DNA of 64,000 nt, from the NCBI GenBank assembly GCA_973895155.1, contig OZ316894.1, forward strand, positions 5,170,944 to 5,234,943. Direction: 5' to 3'. The stretch comes from Marsupella aquatica. Taxonomy: Eukaryota > Plantae > Marchantiophyta. A program made the translations under genes and the position numbers. Positions 25,701 through 38,042 of this stretch are shown here, piece by piece. How positions within the stretch are numbered: the stretch's first letter is position 1; the number at the start of each line of letters is the position of its first letter. Under the pieces are notes generated by a model. The model was not told where the DNA came from, made no database searches, and worked only from the letters and a program-made list of their open reading frames with translations.

Positions 25701-27403
25701 TCGAACAGACTTACGCCAAGATGAACCAGATGGAGTCTGTCATCATTGCAGAGCTCGACAAGGAGCTAAGAGCAACCCAGGAGGAGAGGACTACCTTGAA
25801 ACAAGAACGGGAGGAAGCCCAGAAGGAACTAGAGGAGGCACGCAAGGACCTGGATGAGACCCAGGAGGAGTTGGAGGAAATCACGAGGAAGATGGAGAAC
25901 CTCCAGCGGCGGGCCGACAACCAAACGGAGCGGCTGAAGAAACAAGCCGCAGTATTTAAGTGCTTGTCTTCATCAGGCCCAACTCCAATTGGGGCAACCA
26001 AGTTACCAGGAGTGGTACTGGCCGAAGAAAAAGCCGCGCCACCTGCACCAGTGCCGGAAGTAAGTGGGAAGGGGAAGGGACCAGCTGCCGAACCAGAAAA
26101 GAAGAAGAAGCAGAAACCTTCAGGGTCAAGGAGTAATCCGACTCCACAAGCCGTGGTGACCAAGGAGGTAGAACCAGCACCATCCTCCGACATGAATACG
26201 GCAATAGATCCCGCTATCATCACAGGTGGGGGTGGTGCGGCCCAAGCCGAACTACTCAGTAATGAGGCCGGTATCCCAGATCCGCCTCTTGAGCAGGCCG
26301 GGGAGACCCAAGCCGTGGCTGAGGCCGTAACCGGTTCCCGAGCCGATGCCGACGCCGATGGTGGACCCAGTCAGGCCGATGGAGAGTTGACTCAGTCAAG
26401 GGCAGGTAATCTGTCAGAGAATGAACCTACGGCAGTGGCTGAGGAGGAAGCGTTGTGGGCGTCCATTAAGGATCCACCACCGGTGTTGTGACGGTGCAAG
26501 GGCGTCGTTCCTTTTAGGGAGGGCGGACGTGGAGGGAGGAGGCGTGAGTGGGCAGGGCGGGCGCTGATCTCCAAGTTTAGGATTAGGATCAGGACCAGGA
26601 GCGGCCCTGACACTTAGCTTAGTGGGATTGCGGTTCCACTGGTAGGAGCAACACTTGTGCTCCTGCCTTGCTGTACATAGGTAGATTCGGGCAAGTAGAT
26701 TACTGTTAAGTAGATTAGGCTTACGATGCAAAGAATGGCGGATCCACTACCAGGATAAGTACCTGGGCAGCGGGGAGCTCAGGGCCTCTTCTTTAGCAAG
26801 TTTTTAGTTTGCACCAGCCGGGCTGGGATCAAGTAGTACGAGAAGCTCTCGGTTAGTCATACAGTGACCCTTGTGTATATTCATGTTTCCTCATGCCTAA
26901 GAGCTGAATAGAGTTGGCCTCACGGCTTAGTTCGCAGAACTTGTGTATGAGATGTACTGTTTGTATGGCAAGTGCATGGTATGACTCAATCAGAATGAGT
27001 CATTTTGCTATTTGTGTGTCGCATTAACTTTTGTGAAGAGTGCCCACATCAACCAAAAGGAAGGAAAGTAAGCAAGGGAGTGAGAGTTGGATGTGTCGAG
27101 CTGAGAGAGGTCTTAGCGGCTTAACCAAGCCTATTGGGGATCATTCCGGCGGTGGAATCCAAACATACCTAACAAGACAGAGGGGAAGACAGGGGAAGGC
27201 CTAGATTAGGCCGGCTACGTATCTCATGACCCGATGAAGGATCTGTCCAGTATATGTGTGTAAAATGTTAATAGTAGTAGTAGAAGGTTAGCAGCGTCCC
27301 ATGCCGCTAAGCCGCGGAAACGGCCTCGCCAAGCGCGAAACCTGCGGGAATCGGCTTGAGCTGGGGGGTTTCTTGGGTTTAGGGAGCCATGGGACGCACC
27401 ACA
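22741..27403 (+). mobile_element. Family B TG...CA unit (4663 bp), copy 1, with non-matching flanks
   Basis: Termini tgtgatgcc...gcaccaca as in 31166-35993; flanks CGGAT and CGCCC differ. Confidence 0.88.
22856..26491 (+). pseudogene. ~1211-codon ORF of unit B (PMD/Athila-ORF1-like motif plus long coiled coil) with one premature TAG at 23255
   Basis: ORFs 22856..23257 and 23441..26491 share a frame and are separated only by TAG (CAG in copy 2); FYLTPKVIAEVFSLP motif; SMC-like coiled coil; KGKGP and KKKK basic motifs. Confidence 0.75.
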
Positions 27404-28316
27404 CGCCCCGTTTTGGGGGATTTAATTTCCCACCCGGCAGCCTCACTCACCGCCAGCCCCACTCGCGGCTCACGAGAGGGTTTAATACCCCCCCACTTTA
27501 CTCGCCCCTCTCTTTGGGGCCTGGCTCCTGGTACGCCTTCCGTAGCGCTCCCCCTGGTATGGGGAATTAAATTCCCCCCCCTCCCTTTACTCCACTCATG
27601 GGAGAGTTAATACCCTCCCGACTCCTTCCTCCTCCTTGGCTGCGGCCCGGCTGCCCTCGCCCCGGCTGCCCTGGCTCCGGCTCACCTTGGCTCGCCCCGG
27701 CTCCAGCTGACCTTAAAATGGCACGCGGCCCTATGCAGGTCGCGCACTCATTTTATTTTATTTTTGGGGGGGGGGGAATTTTAACCCCTCCGGCTCACCC
27801 CCGCTCGTGGTCTCACCTACGCCCTGGCCAAGCCTGCCACTCGCGGTGGCCCTTCAAACGGGGGATTTAATTCCCCCCGTCCTCCTCCTGCACGCGGTCC
27901 TATGCAGGGCTCGCGGCAGCCTCCTCCGTGCCCAGCCCGGCTCATGCCCCCTTACTCCCGAGGTCACGCCCTCCGAAAAAACTTCCCCAGGGCTACGTCC
28001 ACTGTCGGGGTCACCTTTACTCATGAAAAAAAACTTCCTTGCTCCCGGTCATGTTTTATTTCTTCTTCCCATCAACCTTGCTATTGAGGTCTCTAAAAAT
28101 GGCCATAAAATAATGGGGAGTCCCCCAAAGGCAGGGCCCTCCGCCCAACATATTTGCAGAACAATTAGGGGATAAAAATAAATACAGTTCTTCGGTCACA
28201 AGTGATAGAATTAACTTTTTTTTTTTTGAAAAAATGCTTATTTACAATGGTTATTTACACTGCGCAACACTCCGCGACCATTATTCATGATTTTGAGTGA
28301 CGGGGACCCCGTCACA
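27404..28316 (-). mobile_element. Partial inverted family A unit (5' ~0.9 kb)
   Basis: Reverse complement resembles 3050-3935; terminus ...ggggaccccgtcaca at 28316 abuts Copia RT. Confidence 0.8.
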
Positions 28317-29743
28317 TTGTACAAGAAGAAGCAGGATGGCATTTACAAGGCACGCCTTGTGGCCAAAGGGTACACCCAAAAGGAGGGTTTGGACTACACA
28401 AAGATTTTCTCGTGACCAGTTGTCAAACTCGCCACTATCCGTGTTTTACTTGCGATTGTGGCATTCTATGATCTTGAGTTAGATCAGATGGATGTAATTA
28501 CTGCTTTCCTCATGGATTGCTTGATGTGGAGATTTATATGACTCAACCTCCAGGATTTATAGACGAGAACACAAGACACTTGGTATGTAAGCTCTTGCGC
28601 TCGTTATACGGATTGAAGCAGAGTCCCAGACAATGGAATAAGCATTTTGATTCCTTCATGTTATCTCAAGGGTTCACAAGGAGTGAACATGATTGCTGTA
28701 TTTACATGAAGGAGGTGGAGAATTGCTCACGCTTTGGTTACATTGTGCTGGCACTATATGTGGATGACATGCTAATCCTGGCTGAGAATAAGCCTGATGT
28801 TGCCCATCTGAAAGCAATGTTGAGTAAGGAGTTTTCAATGAAGGACTTGGGTCAGGCCAAGAAGATTCTAGGGATGGAGATTCATCGTGACAGGGAGCAG
28901 AGACAATTATGGTTGTCTCAAAGGCAGTATTTGGAGAAGGTACTTGCCAAGTATGGAATGGAGAATGCAAAACCAGTTGGTACTCCATTGGCTTCCCACT
29001 TTAAACTCTCAAAGAATGATTGCCCTTCTAGTGAGAGTGATAGACTGGCGATGAAACATGTTCCCTATGATAGTGTTGTGGGTAGTTTGATGTATGCGAT
29101 GACATGCACTAGACCTGACATTGCCCACGTTGTTAGCATTTTGAGCAGATTTATGGCAAATCCTGGTAAGCTTCACTGGGAAGCAGTGAAGTGGGTTTTG
29201 TGGTATCTGAAAGGTACCTTAGATTGTGGGATCTTATTTGACGGTAAAATAGACTCTACATTAGAGTTGGAAGGTTTTGTAGATTCAGATTATGCTGGTA
29301 ACTTGGATAACAGAAAGTCTACTACAGGCTATGTGTTTATGCTGGGTGGAGGTTGTATTAGCTGGAAGTCAGCAACTCAATCCTGTGTTGCATTGTCTAC
29401 TACTGAGGCTGAGTACATGGCTGCCTGTGAGGCAACCAAGGAGCTGATCTGGCTACGGAGATTGGTGAGTGATCTGGGTCTTTCACCTGAAAGACCGGTG
29501 CTGCTGTGTGACAGTCAAAGTGCTTTGCATCTGGCTAAGAACCATGTGGTCCATGCCAGGACAAAGCATATTGATATTTGTTATCACTTCATCCGTGAGG
29601 TGATTGAGACGAAGCAGATGTTTCTAGAGAAAGGGGCTTCAGAGGAGAATGCAGCAGACATGCTTACCAAAGTTTTACCTACCAGTAGCTTTAGTCATTG
29701 TGTGAATATTATTAATGTTAGGGCCAAACCGAAGACTATGTAG
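28317..29743 (+). pseudogene. Ty1/Copia pol C-terminal part (RT plus RNase H), Tnt1-like
   Basis: YKARLVAKG, SLYGLKQSPRQW, LYVDDML, TRPDIA, VDSDYAG, STTEAEY, RTKHID; disrupted near 28411-28500. Confidence 0.95.
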
Positions 29744-29810
29744 ATATGATACTTAGTTACATATTGTATATCACCTAACTCATTGTGTGAACTGGAGTCA
29801 AGGTGGAGAT

Positions 29811-30104
29811 TGTTAGGAATTGACTCGAGTTCCCGGCTTAGTTAGTTTGGCCTTACTAGGGTTAGTTAACCCTGGATTACATTAGGATAAGATCCGCTTA
29901 GTTTAGGCCCACACATCTTGGCCCCCTTGGGGGGTATAGGTTGGAGGGAGAGCTTTCTCTCCCTCATTCTTCACATGTACTTCTCATGAGCTATGGATCC
30001 TTCAGGAGTTTCTCCATTGCACGGTGTCTTGTTGGTGTAGTGTGAGATTGAGTGCTTTCATGTTCCGCATTGCTGTCTAGTACATGAGCCGACGATTTCT
30101 TACA
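29811..30104 (+). mobile_element. Copia 3' LTR (294 bp) preceded by a polypurine tract
   Basis: PPT-like ggagtcaaggtggagat, then tgttagg...tttcttaca; duplication copy 2 starts immediately after. Confidence 0.85.
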
Positions 30105-31165
30105 GTTATGACACTCAATGTCATGTTAGTTGCATTGCTTGGTCTGGGAGTAAGGACGAGTGGAAAGGTAGTTGAACACCTGAGTCGCAAGTATGACCTA
30201 TTGATCACTCAACCTGGCAATTAAAGATTTGCTCTGGAGTTAAGCTATGAAGCTACAAAGTACTCTGTAGGTAATGTTTTGCGTGTTAAGTTGAAGTAAC
30301 AGGTATGCCCTTTTGAGAGGTTTGGAAAATCCTCCCCATTTGTTGAGAAGAAATGAACTGCCTCTAATATATCTTTTCAAGTTAGCAAAACCCTTGAAGG
30401 AGGGCTTGCTATGTGCATGGTTAACCAATTTCAGAGGAGAAGCAAAGTGAGATCTTACCAGGGTAATTTCTAGGGTGTTTTTGTTGATTTGCCTAGGCAG
30501 TGAATGTTACCATGTGTCAAGGAGGAGATGCTAGAAAATTGATGTGTCCATCCAAGTACCATTGTCAAACATTTTTGTCCGTCCCGCTTCCACTTCCAAA
30601 AAATGTTCTATTGATCTTTTTCATGGTTTCTTTCCTTTCTTTACGATCCTAGTGGAAATTACTAATCTGCCCCCAAAACTAAACTAATTATCAGATTGCC
30701 CCCATTTCGTGTACTGGCTGGCTTAGCTTGACTATACTGACCCCAAGATTACTGGCATGCCAATGGGTTGCACCCCACTTAAACGGCTGGAGGGGGTTAG
30801 CTTGGACAAATTATGTGCCTCAAACTATGAGCCTCCGTCCACTTGTCCCCAGACAAAATACGTGGCATCTTGGGCTTGTCTAGTCTGGCTGAGCCAAACC
30901 ACATACAAAATGGGGGATCCTGGTGATGCATTAGTTTTGGAGGCAGGTTATTAAATCTTCATATTTTCATTTGAGTTCAAACTCAATTACCTACTGTCTT
31001 CCGGGGTCATTCAAGGGGGCATTCTCTTCATATAGAAAGTCAGGACCTTCAATTTGAGTTTCAACAGTAAATATTGAAACATTTTTCTGTTGTAGGTCAA
31101 ACTGACCTACCAACTTCCCCTGAACAGGTGGCCCAGGCGTTGTATTCGAATAGTGCATGAGGGGG

Positions 31166-34100
31166 TGTGATGCCTAGCCAGGAATCACTGGGCTAGTTTA
31201 AAGTAGAAAAGGGAAGTGTACCCTAGAAACACCTTAGTATAGTTACAAAAATGAGGAAAATATAAACAATTAAGGGTGACTATGGAACCCAAGCCGAGGC
31301 CGGAAGTAAGGATGCCAGGGGAGAGAACACGATTAGGGTTAGGGCACGCTAAGTGCCGGCGGCTAGGGGTCACCAACAGGAAAGAAAAGTCGAGGAGGAG
31401 AGGGGTAAGGACCGCTCGCGAGGAATTGTGGCTCATTTGCAGGCACGAATTGGGCAGACGACTACGGGCGGGCAACTACTATCAACTGCTTAGGCAAGCA
31501 CGTAGGGTGGGAGTAGATACCAGCTATCAAACTCGATTAGGGTATGAGCAACGTCAATCAAGCGGCACATTTTTGGGGATGCCTGTTCAAACGGGCAACT
31601 GAGTACATTGGTACTTACGAGGACGAAGAGTCGGAGAGAGCAGCTCGAGAACGGCAGGAGCTCGCTCGATTGTGGGAGCTGCAGAAAGCTGCCTTCTTAG
31701 GAGGAGAACTCATCAAGGCCGAATTCTTATGGACTCCTACTACCAATCAACTCGACGACCTTCTGTTTTGTGAAGACAGAGTCGTCGGCATCCGCGAAGC
31801 CATCAAACGCTGCAACGACCTACACTGGGAGTTGAAGGGTAGCACGGAGGGGTGGACAAAGGCAACCGTGCTCGGAGAGACATCCACGGCAGCCGAGATG
31901 AAGAGGAAGGGAAATAACCATGACGAGGCCACCCCGGCAAAAAGAACAAGGTCGGCGGCACCAAAGAAACCAGCCGAATAGCAGAGCAGGAGGCAAAGAG
32001 AAGCCGAGGAGGAGGAGGTCGACCCCATCAACGCCGTTCCAACGAGAGATGACACCTGGAAAGGCTGGGCGGCGATCCTCCCCGAGGAGGTCCAATTACA
32101 CTTTGCTAGGGAGGAGGATGCATGCTTTACGGCTATGCAGACTCGGAAGTATTAGGGCTTCATGGCCGGATCCGGCTTGGAAGCCTTTGTAAGGTTACCG
32201 TGGCTGAAGCCGGAGGTGCCGAATTCAGACTTACTTGAATTCGTGGGATCATGGGAGTTCGAGACCAATTCCACAAGGGTGTATAGGAAGGATTTCTATC
32301 TCACTCCCCAGGTGATTGCCGAAGTGTTTGGGTTGCCAATGGGCAATAAGACCAAGGTAGATACTAGGAAGACCTTGCCAGACACGGAGTTCAGGTCGTT
32401 TCCAGGGCCTTCAACGAAGAATGGCTTCTTTCGTAGCACTTGCACCAACCCGCATATAGGAGAGATGATCGATTTCTTGCGGGTAACCATGCATTGCAAC
32501 TGGCCGAGAGCAGAGATCGGCAAGGCACAGGTCTATCTGGCAGAGAGGCCAGACCCAAGTCAGGACTACAATGGTTACCTCCTCACTCAACTGAAGAAGA
32601 TCTTGAAGGAGGAACAGCTGGTGATCGGCAAGGGAAGCGTGTCCCGGCTTGGTTATCACATGCCGCTATTGTGCCGGTATGCCCGGAGTAAGACCTTTGC
32701 CCCGGTACTTCCCCTACAGGAAAGGGCACCAGAGGAGGTTCCGGAACAGAGGCCGGCAACGGAGAAACCCAACCCGCCCGACAGTCCTACAATTGAGCAG
32801 GTGTTTAGGCCGAGGACGGAGGACTTGCCGATGCAGCAACCAGGCATGCAGAATCTGCTGAAACTGCTGGAGAAAGAGAAGAGAACGACTACGGCATCGG
32901 CAACAACAACAACAACGACAACGGCAACAATGCAGGACACTACTCAAGAGGTAGGCCTAAACCGGCTTACAAGGGAAAACCCCTTTACTGGAGCCAAGGA
33001 GAGAAAGAGGCCGGAACACGAGCCGGGAGTCCGGATGTATGTAGGAGCCTCTAGTCCCGAGGCCGAAGAGAAGCAGGCCGTAGCTCCCGGCCACGACAAG
33101 AAGAACAAGAGATCAACACGGAAGCCGGAGGAGGAACCAAGACCGGCAAGTGGTGAAGCCATGTTCACGACAAAGCCAGGAGAACAGCAGGAGAAGCCAG
33201 TAGTCCAAGCCGAAGAGGAGGCGGTGGAGGACTACAGCAATGATAACTCCGGCTATGGGTCAGATCATCATGTTCCAGGAGTAAGGACCTGTGGCCGGTT
33301 CATCCCCACGCTCCCAAGAGTAGTCCGAGGAGACCCGAGCCAGCAGAGCAGCCCCGAGTCTCCCCCGCCAGATGTCGCTCCCCCGAGCTTTGACGGCATA
33401 AAACAGACGGCGCAGGAATTCCAGGAGCGAATCAGGGAGGAAGAGGAGGCAGCCCTGGCTAGGGAGAAGGATTTACCAGGAGGAGAATGGCCAGAGGACA
33501 TCAGGCGGCTTGCAGAAAAACGAAGCAGCCCGCCAGCCACAATAGAAGAGATCCGCAAGGCGGCTTGGGAACAAAGGCCGCGGTGGATGATGCCAATGAC
33601 TGCTACTTCCTCCACCTACGCTAAAAATAGAGCCATGGAGTACAGGGAGATGTGTGGAGAGCTGGCGCTCAGCATCTTTGGGGAGGAGTTGGAGCAGGGA
33701 CCCTTTTTCCAGAGGGAGATGTTGGAGAAGCGCCAATTAGAAGAAGTGGTGGCTTTGGAAAGAAGCAAGAAGGACGAGGTCATCCGTCGGCTTAGGGAAA
33801 GGGAAGCCGAAATCAAGGATCTGAGGACGGCCAAGAAAGCCCAAGATGAGCTGCGGATTAAGCGGCATGAGCTAAATATCATGCAGGGCCAGTTGGATAC
33901 CGCACAGTCAAACAACCGGATTATCGAGAATAAACTGACTCGAACCTTAGATGAGTTGGCCGATGCGATCAAGGAGCGGGAGAAGTGGAAGCGAGAGCTG
34001 AGGAATGCAGAGGAGGCCCACATAACAGCCAACAACCGGGCCATGGCAGAGACCCAAAGAAAGGAATGGGCGTTGAAGGGGGAGCTCGAGAAAATCCGCG

Positions 34101-35993
34101 GAGCCCTTGAGCAGAAGGAGGCCGAGTTAGGGAAATCCTATCAAGGGATTATTGCGCTACAGTAGGAGCTTGCGTCCCTGACGGCCAGCTTCAAGGCCGA
34201 CCTACGGGAGAAGGACAATATGCTCGATCAGACTTATGCCAAGATGAACCAGATGGAGTCTGTCATCATTGCAGAGCTTGATAAGGAGTTAAGAGCAACT
34301 CGGGAGGAGAGAGCTGCGTTTAAGAAGGAATTGGAGGAAGCCCACAGGGAGCTGGAGGAAGCCCAGAAAGAACTGGAGGAGGCGCGCAAGGACCTGGACG
34401 AAGTACAGGAGGAGTTGGAGGAAAGCACGCGGAAGCTGGAGAACTTACAGCGGCGAGCCGACAACCAATCGGAGCGGCTGAAGAAACAAGCCGCAGTATT
34501 TAAATGCTTGGCTTCATCAGGACCAACTCCAATTGGGGCCACCAAGTTACCAGGAGTGGTACTGGCCGAAGAACAAGCCGCGCCACTTGCACCAGTGCCG
34601 GATGTAAGTGGGAAGGGGAAGGGACCAGTTGCCGAACCAGAAAAGAAGAAGAAGCGAAAACCTTCAGGGTCAAAGAGTAATACGGCTCCACAAGCCGTGG
34701 TGACCAAGGAGGTAGACCCAGCACCGACCCCAGGCAGGGTCACGGCAGAGAATCCAAAAATAACTACCCTAGAAGGAGGGGACGGCAAAGCCAAGGCCAG
34801 GATCTCGGTAATGAAGCCGAGGTACCAAATCCGCCACTTGAGTGTGCAAGAGAGGCCGTAGCCGATGCAGAGGCCATAGCCGATGCAGAGGCCATAGCCG
34901 ATGCCAAGGCAGAAGCCGATGCCAAGGCAGAAGCCGATGGTGGACCCAGTCAGGCCGATGGAGAGTTGACTAAGTCCAGGGCAGGTAATCTGTCAGAGAA
35001 CAAACCCATGGCAGTGGCTGAGGAGGGAGCGTTGGGGGCGTCCACTGAGGAACAGACACCGCTGCCATGACGGTGGTGGAGGGCCGCTCCTTTCAAGGAG
35101 GGCGGACGTGGAGGGAGGAGGCGTGAGTGGGCAGGGCGGGCTCGAATCTCTAAGTTCAGGATTAGGATTAGGATCAGGACCAGGAGGCGGCCCTGACTCT
35201 TAGCTTAGTGGGATTGCGGTTCCACTGGTAAGAGCAACACTTGTACTCCTGCCTCGCTGTACAAAGGTAGATTTACAAAGGTAGATTCAGATAAGTAGAT
35301 TAGGCTTACGCTGCAAGGAATTAGGCGGATCCACTACCAGAATAAGTACCTGGGCTGCGGGGAGCTCAGGGCCTCTTCTTTAGCAAGTTTTTAGTTGCAC
35401 CAGCCGGGCTGGGATCAAGTAGTAAGAGAAGCTCTCGGTTAGTCATACAGTGACCCTTGTGTATATTCATGTTTCCTCATGCCTAAGAGCTGAATAGAGT
35501 TGGCCTCACGGCTTAGTTCGCAGAGCTTGTGTATGAGATGTACTGTTTGTATGGCAAGTGCATGGTATGACTCAGTCAGAAGGAGTCATTTTGCTATTCG
35601 TGTGTCGCATTAACTTGTGTGAAGAGTGCCCACATCAACTAATAGGGAAGGAAAGTAAGCAAGGGAGTGAGAGTTGGATGTGTCGAGCTGAGAGAGGTCT
35701 TAGCGGCTTAACCAAGCCTATTGGGGATTATTCCGGCGGCGGAATCCAAATATACCTAACCAGAAGGAGGGGAAGACAAGGGAAGGCCTAGATTAGGCCG
35801 GCTACGTATCTCATGACCCGATGAAGGATCTGTCCAGTATATGTGTGTAAAATGTTAATAGTAGTAGTAGAAGGAAGTTAGCAGCGTCCCATGCCGCTAA
35901 GCCACAAAAACGGCCTAGCCAAGCGCGAAACCTGCGGGAATCGGCTTGTGCTGGGGGGTTTCTTGGGTTTAGGGAGCCATGGGACGCACCACA
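31166..35993 (+). mobile_element. Family B TG...CA unit (solo-LTR-like, 4828 bp), copy 2, TSD GGGGG
   Basis: GGGGG at 31161-31165 and 35994-35998; empty site catgaggggggagttc at ~1907-1922; terminal inverted match 7/8. Confidence 0.9.
31282..35070 (+). pseudogene. Unit B long ORF, copy 2 (three stops, two frameshifts)
   Basis: ORF pieces 31276..31602, 31544..31981, 32162..34165 and 34220..34861 are colinear with 22856-26491. Confidence 0.8.
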
Positions 35994-37006
35994 GGGGGGA
36001 GTTCTACTGAAATCAAAAGCCCAACGATAGACCTTCTATTTGCCTTTTTCAAACAGTAAGTTCTGGCAAGAATCATATAGAGCCCTGTTTGAAACATGGC
36101 TTAGAACTTTTCTAATGGAGACAAGGCCAAGTTTGTCTCGATCACTACATTGAAGGCAAAGATTGCATGTGCAAACATAACAACAAAAATTCAATTCACT
36201 TCATATACCAGGCCTATGTTCTAACACAAAGTCCAGGTGTTCTATTACAAGATAGCCTCATGTTTTAAGAGATAACACTTTTTGTCGGACTCCGTGTTTC
36301 TGTAATTTTTCAACTCTACAATGCATGTTACAATCTAACAGTTTGAAATCCTCATTTCCATCAATTTTGGGAAAGATGGACTTAACCAAGTCCCTCCTAC
36401 GTCTTGTGGACTAGATGGGCACCATAGATGGATTTTAGACTTAACCAGCCGGTGGAATGTCCATAGTAGTTGAGATGTCATTACACCTCACACTTGAACG
36501 CAGTCAACACCAGGTTCTTCTCCACTACGCAGGGTGCGACCACTTGACTCAGAGCACAACCCTGCTTTGGGAAGACTTAATATTTTACTGGTTACAAAAT
36601 GACCCCTGTTGGAGCTGAGAATTGCTTGGTATGATCTATGAAGTTCAAGCTACTTAACAAAAAATGTTTTGTACATTTCCAACACTCAATCCTATATACT
36701 CAAAATCATGCCTAATCTGGCTTCATAGTGCATAATTATGTAGGACTCCACATAGCCAGCCAGTTTGCTAAGAGCATCCCCACCGGACGCGGAAAATACG
36801 GGGGCAAATAGCTGCCCGGTGAGGGTTTTACGGCAGGGAAGACTATGGGGGGATATCTTCATCCCCACCGGGACACGGTATTTTTAAAAACACCATCCCG
36901 TCTTGCCAAAATAGACCTCCCGCGTGGCATTTTGCTGCGCACTACCCCTGCCCGCTCAAACACTCCATTTGAATCGCACGGAGGAGAGTTGTGGATCTGG
37001 GAAGAA

Positions 37007-38042
37007 ATGGACGGCTCTGCCTTCACTAGGGGGGTGCCATCCTTGTGGTGGAACTGGAGGACTATCGATAGACTGGTGGAACTGTGTTGCTACAGGTATG
37101 TGTGTTGTGTAGAAATTGCACGATAGAGAGCCTGCGGTACGTTCCCCTCGTGACCAGAGATAGCAACAATGGCAGACGCAACCAAAGCAAGAGGCAGAAT
37201 TTCTCATCTGCAGAGTTGAAGCAGTTGGTTTGTTCGTGGATGCATGTCTTGCAAGACCCAATCATCGGATCTGGGCAAAAGAATGGAGCATTTGGGATCG
37301 AACTACAATCCACTACAACGACAATCGACCAAAGGACACACAGAAGAGGAACTGTTGATGGAGAGCAAGTGGAGCGACTTGAAACACGACGTTGCCAAGT
37401 TTTCAGGGTCGTATGCATCTGTAGTTTGATGCTCGTCATTCCGGTGAGAATGAGGAAGATACTGTGGCCAGGGCAAAGGAGTTGTATGTGAAAAAACATC
37501 CGAAGGCAAAGGATTTCAGCTACCTTGACCAGTGCTATTTGTTGAAAGACTGTCCTAGATTTGCAATGACTATGGATGACATGAAGCAAAAAGTTGCACA
37601 AAAGAAGGCTAGGAAGCATAAGGGAAAGGGAAAGGGCTTCCCTGATGACAAAGAGAATGAGTCTCCGGATGCAGAGTGTGGTGGAGAGCAGGTTGAGAAT
37701 GAGCAAGGCCAAAGGCAGAGCACTAGAGAGCTTGATCAAGAGAGTACCCATTTTGGTGAGTTGAGGCCACTAGGGAATAAGAATGCAAAGAAGCAGAAAG
37801 TTGATGAATGCAGCTCAAGAATGGCAGCCTATGCACAAAGAGATATGGCAGAAATCAGTGCTAGGCTATTGAAGCTTGCAGAATCGCAAGACAAGCAAAA
37901 TTTATTCACACTCAGGCTTTGTGACATTGATGAGGACTGCCGAGACTACTTCATCAAGAGTAGACAGAAGGAAATGAGTTGCCATGTTGAAGCTGCAGAG
38001 GGAGGAGGAGGAAGAAGAGAGAGCTGCAGCTCGAGCTCTTGA
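37007..38042 (+). pseudogene. Harbinger Myb/SANT-like gene, frameshifted
   Basis: FSSAELKQLVCSW..QDPIIGSGQK, SKWSDLKHDVAKF and RPLGNKNAKK motifs in different frames; start approximate. Confidence 0.75.

Noticed and set aside
15568-30104. One intact Copia element bounded by these two LTRs
   Set aside because: The LTRs differ in length (343 vs 294 bp) and sequence beyond tgttagg, and the flanks (ggtct vs gttat) do not match.
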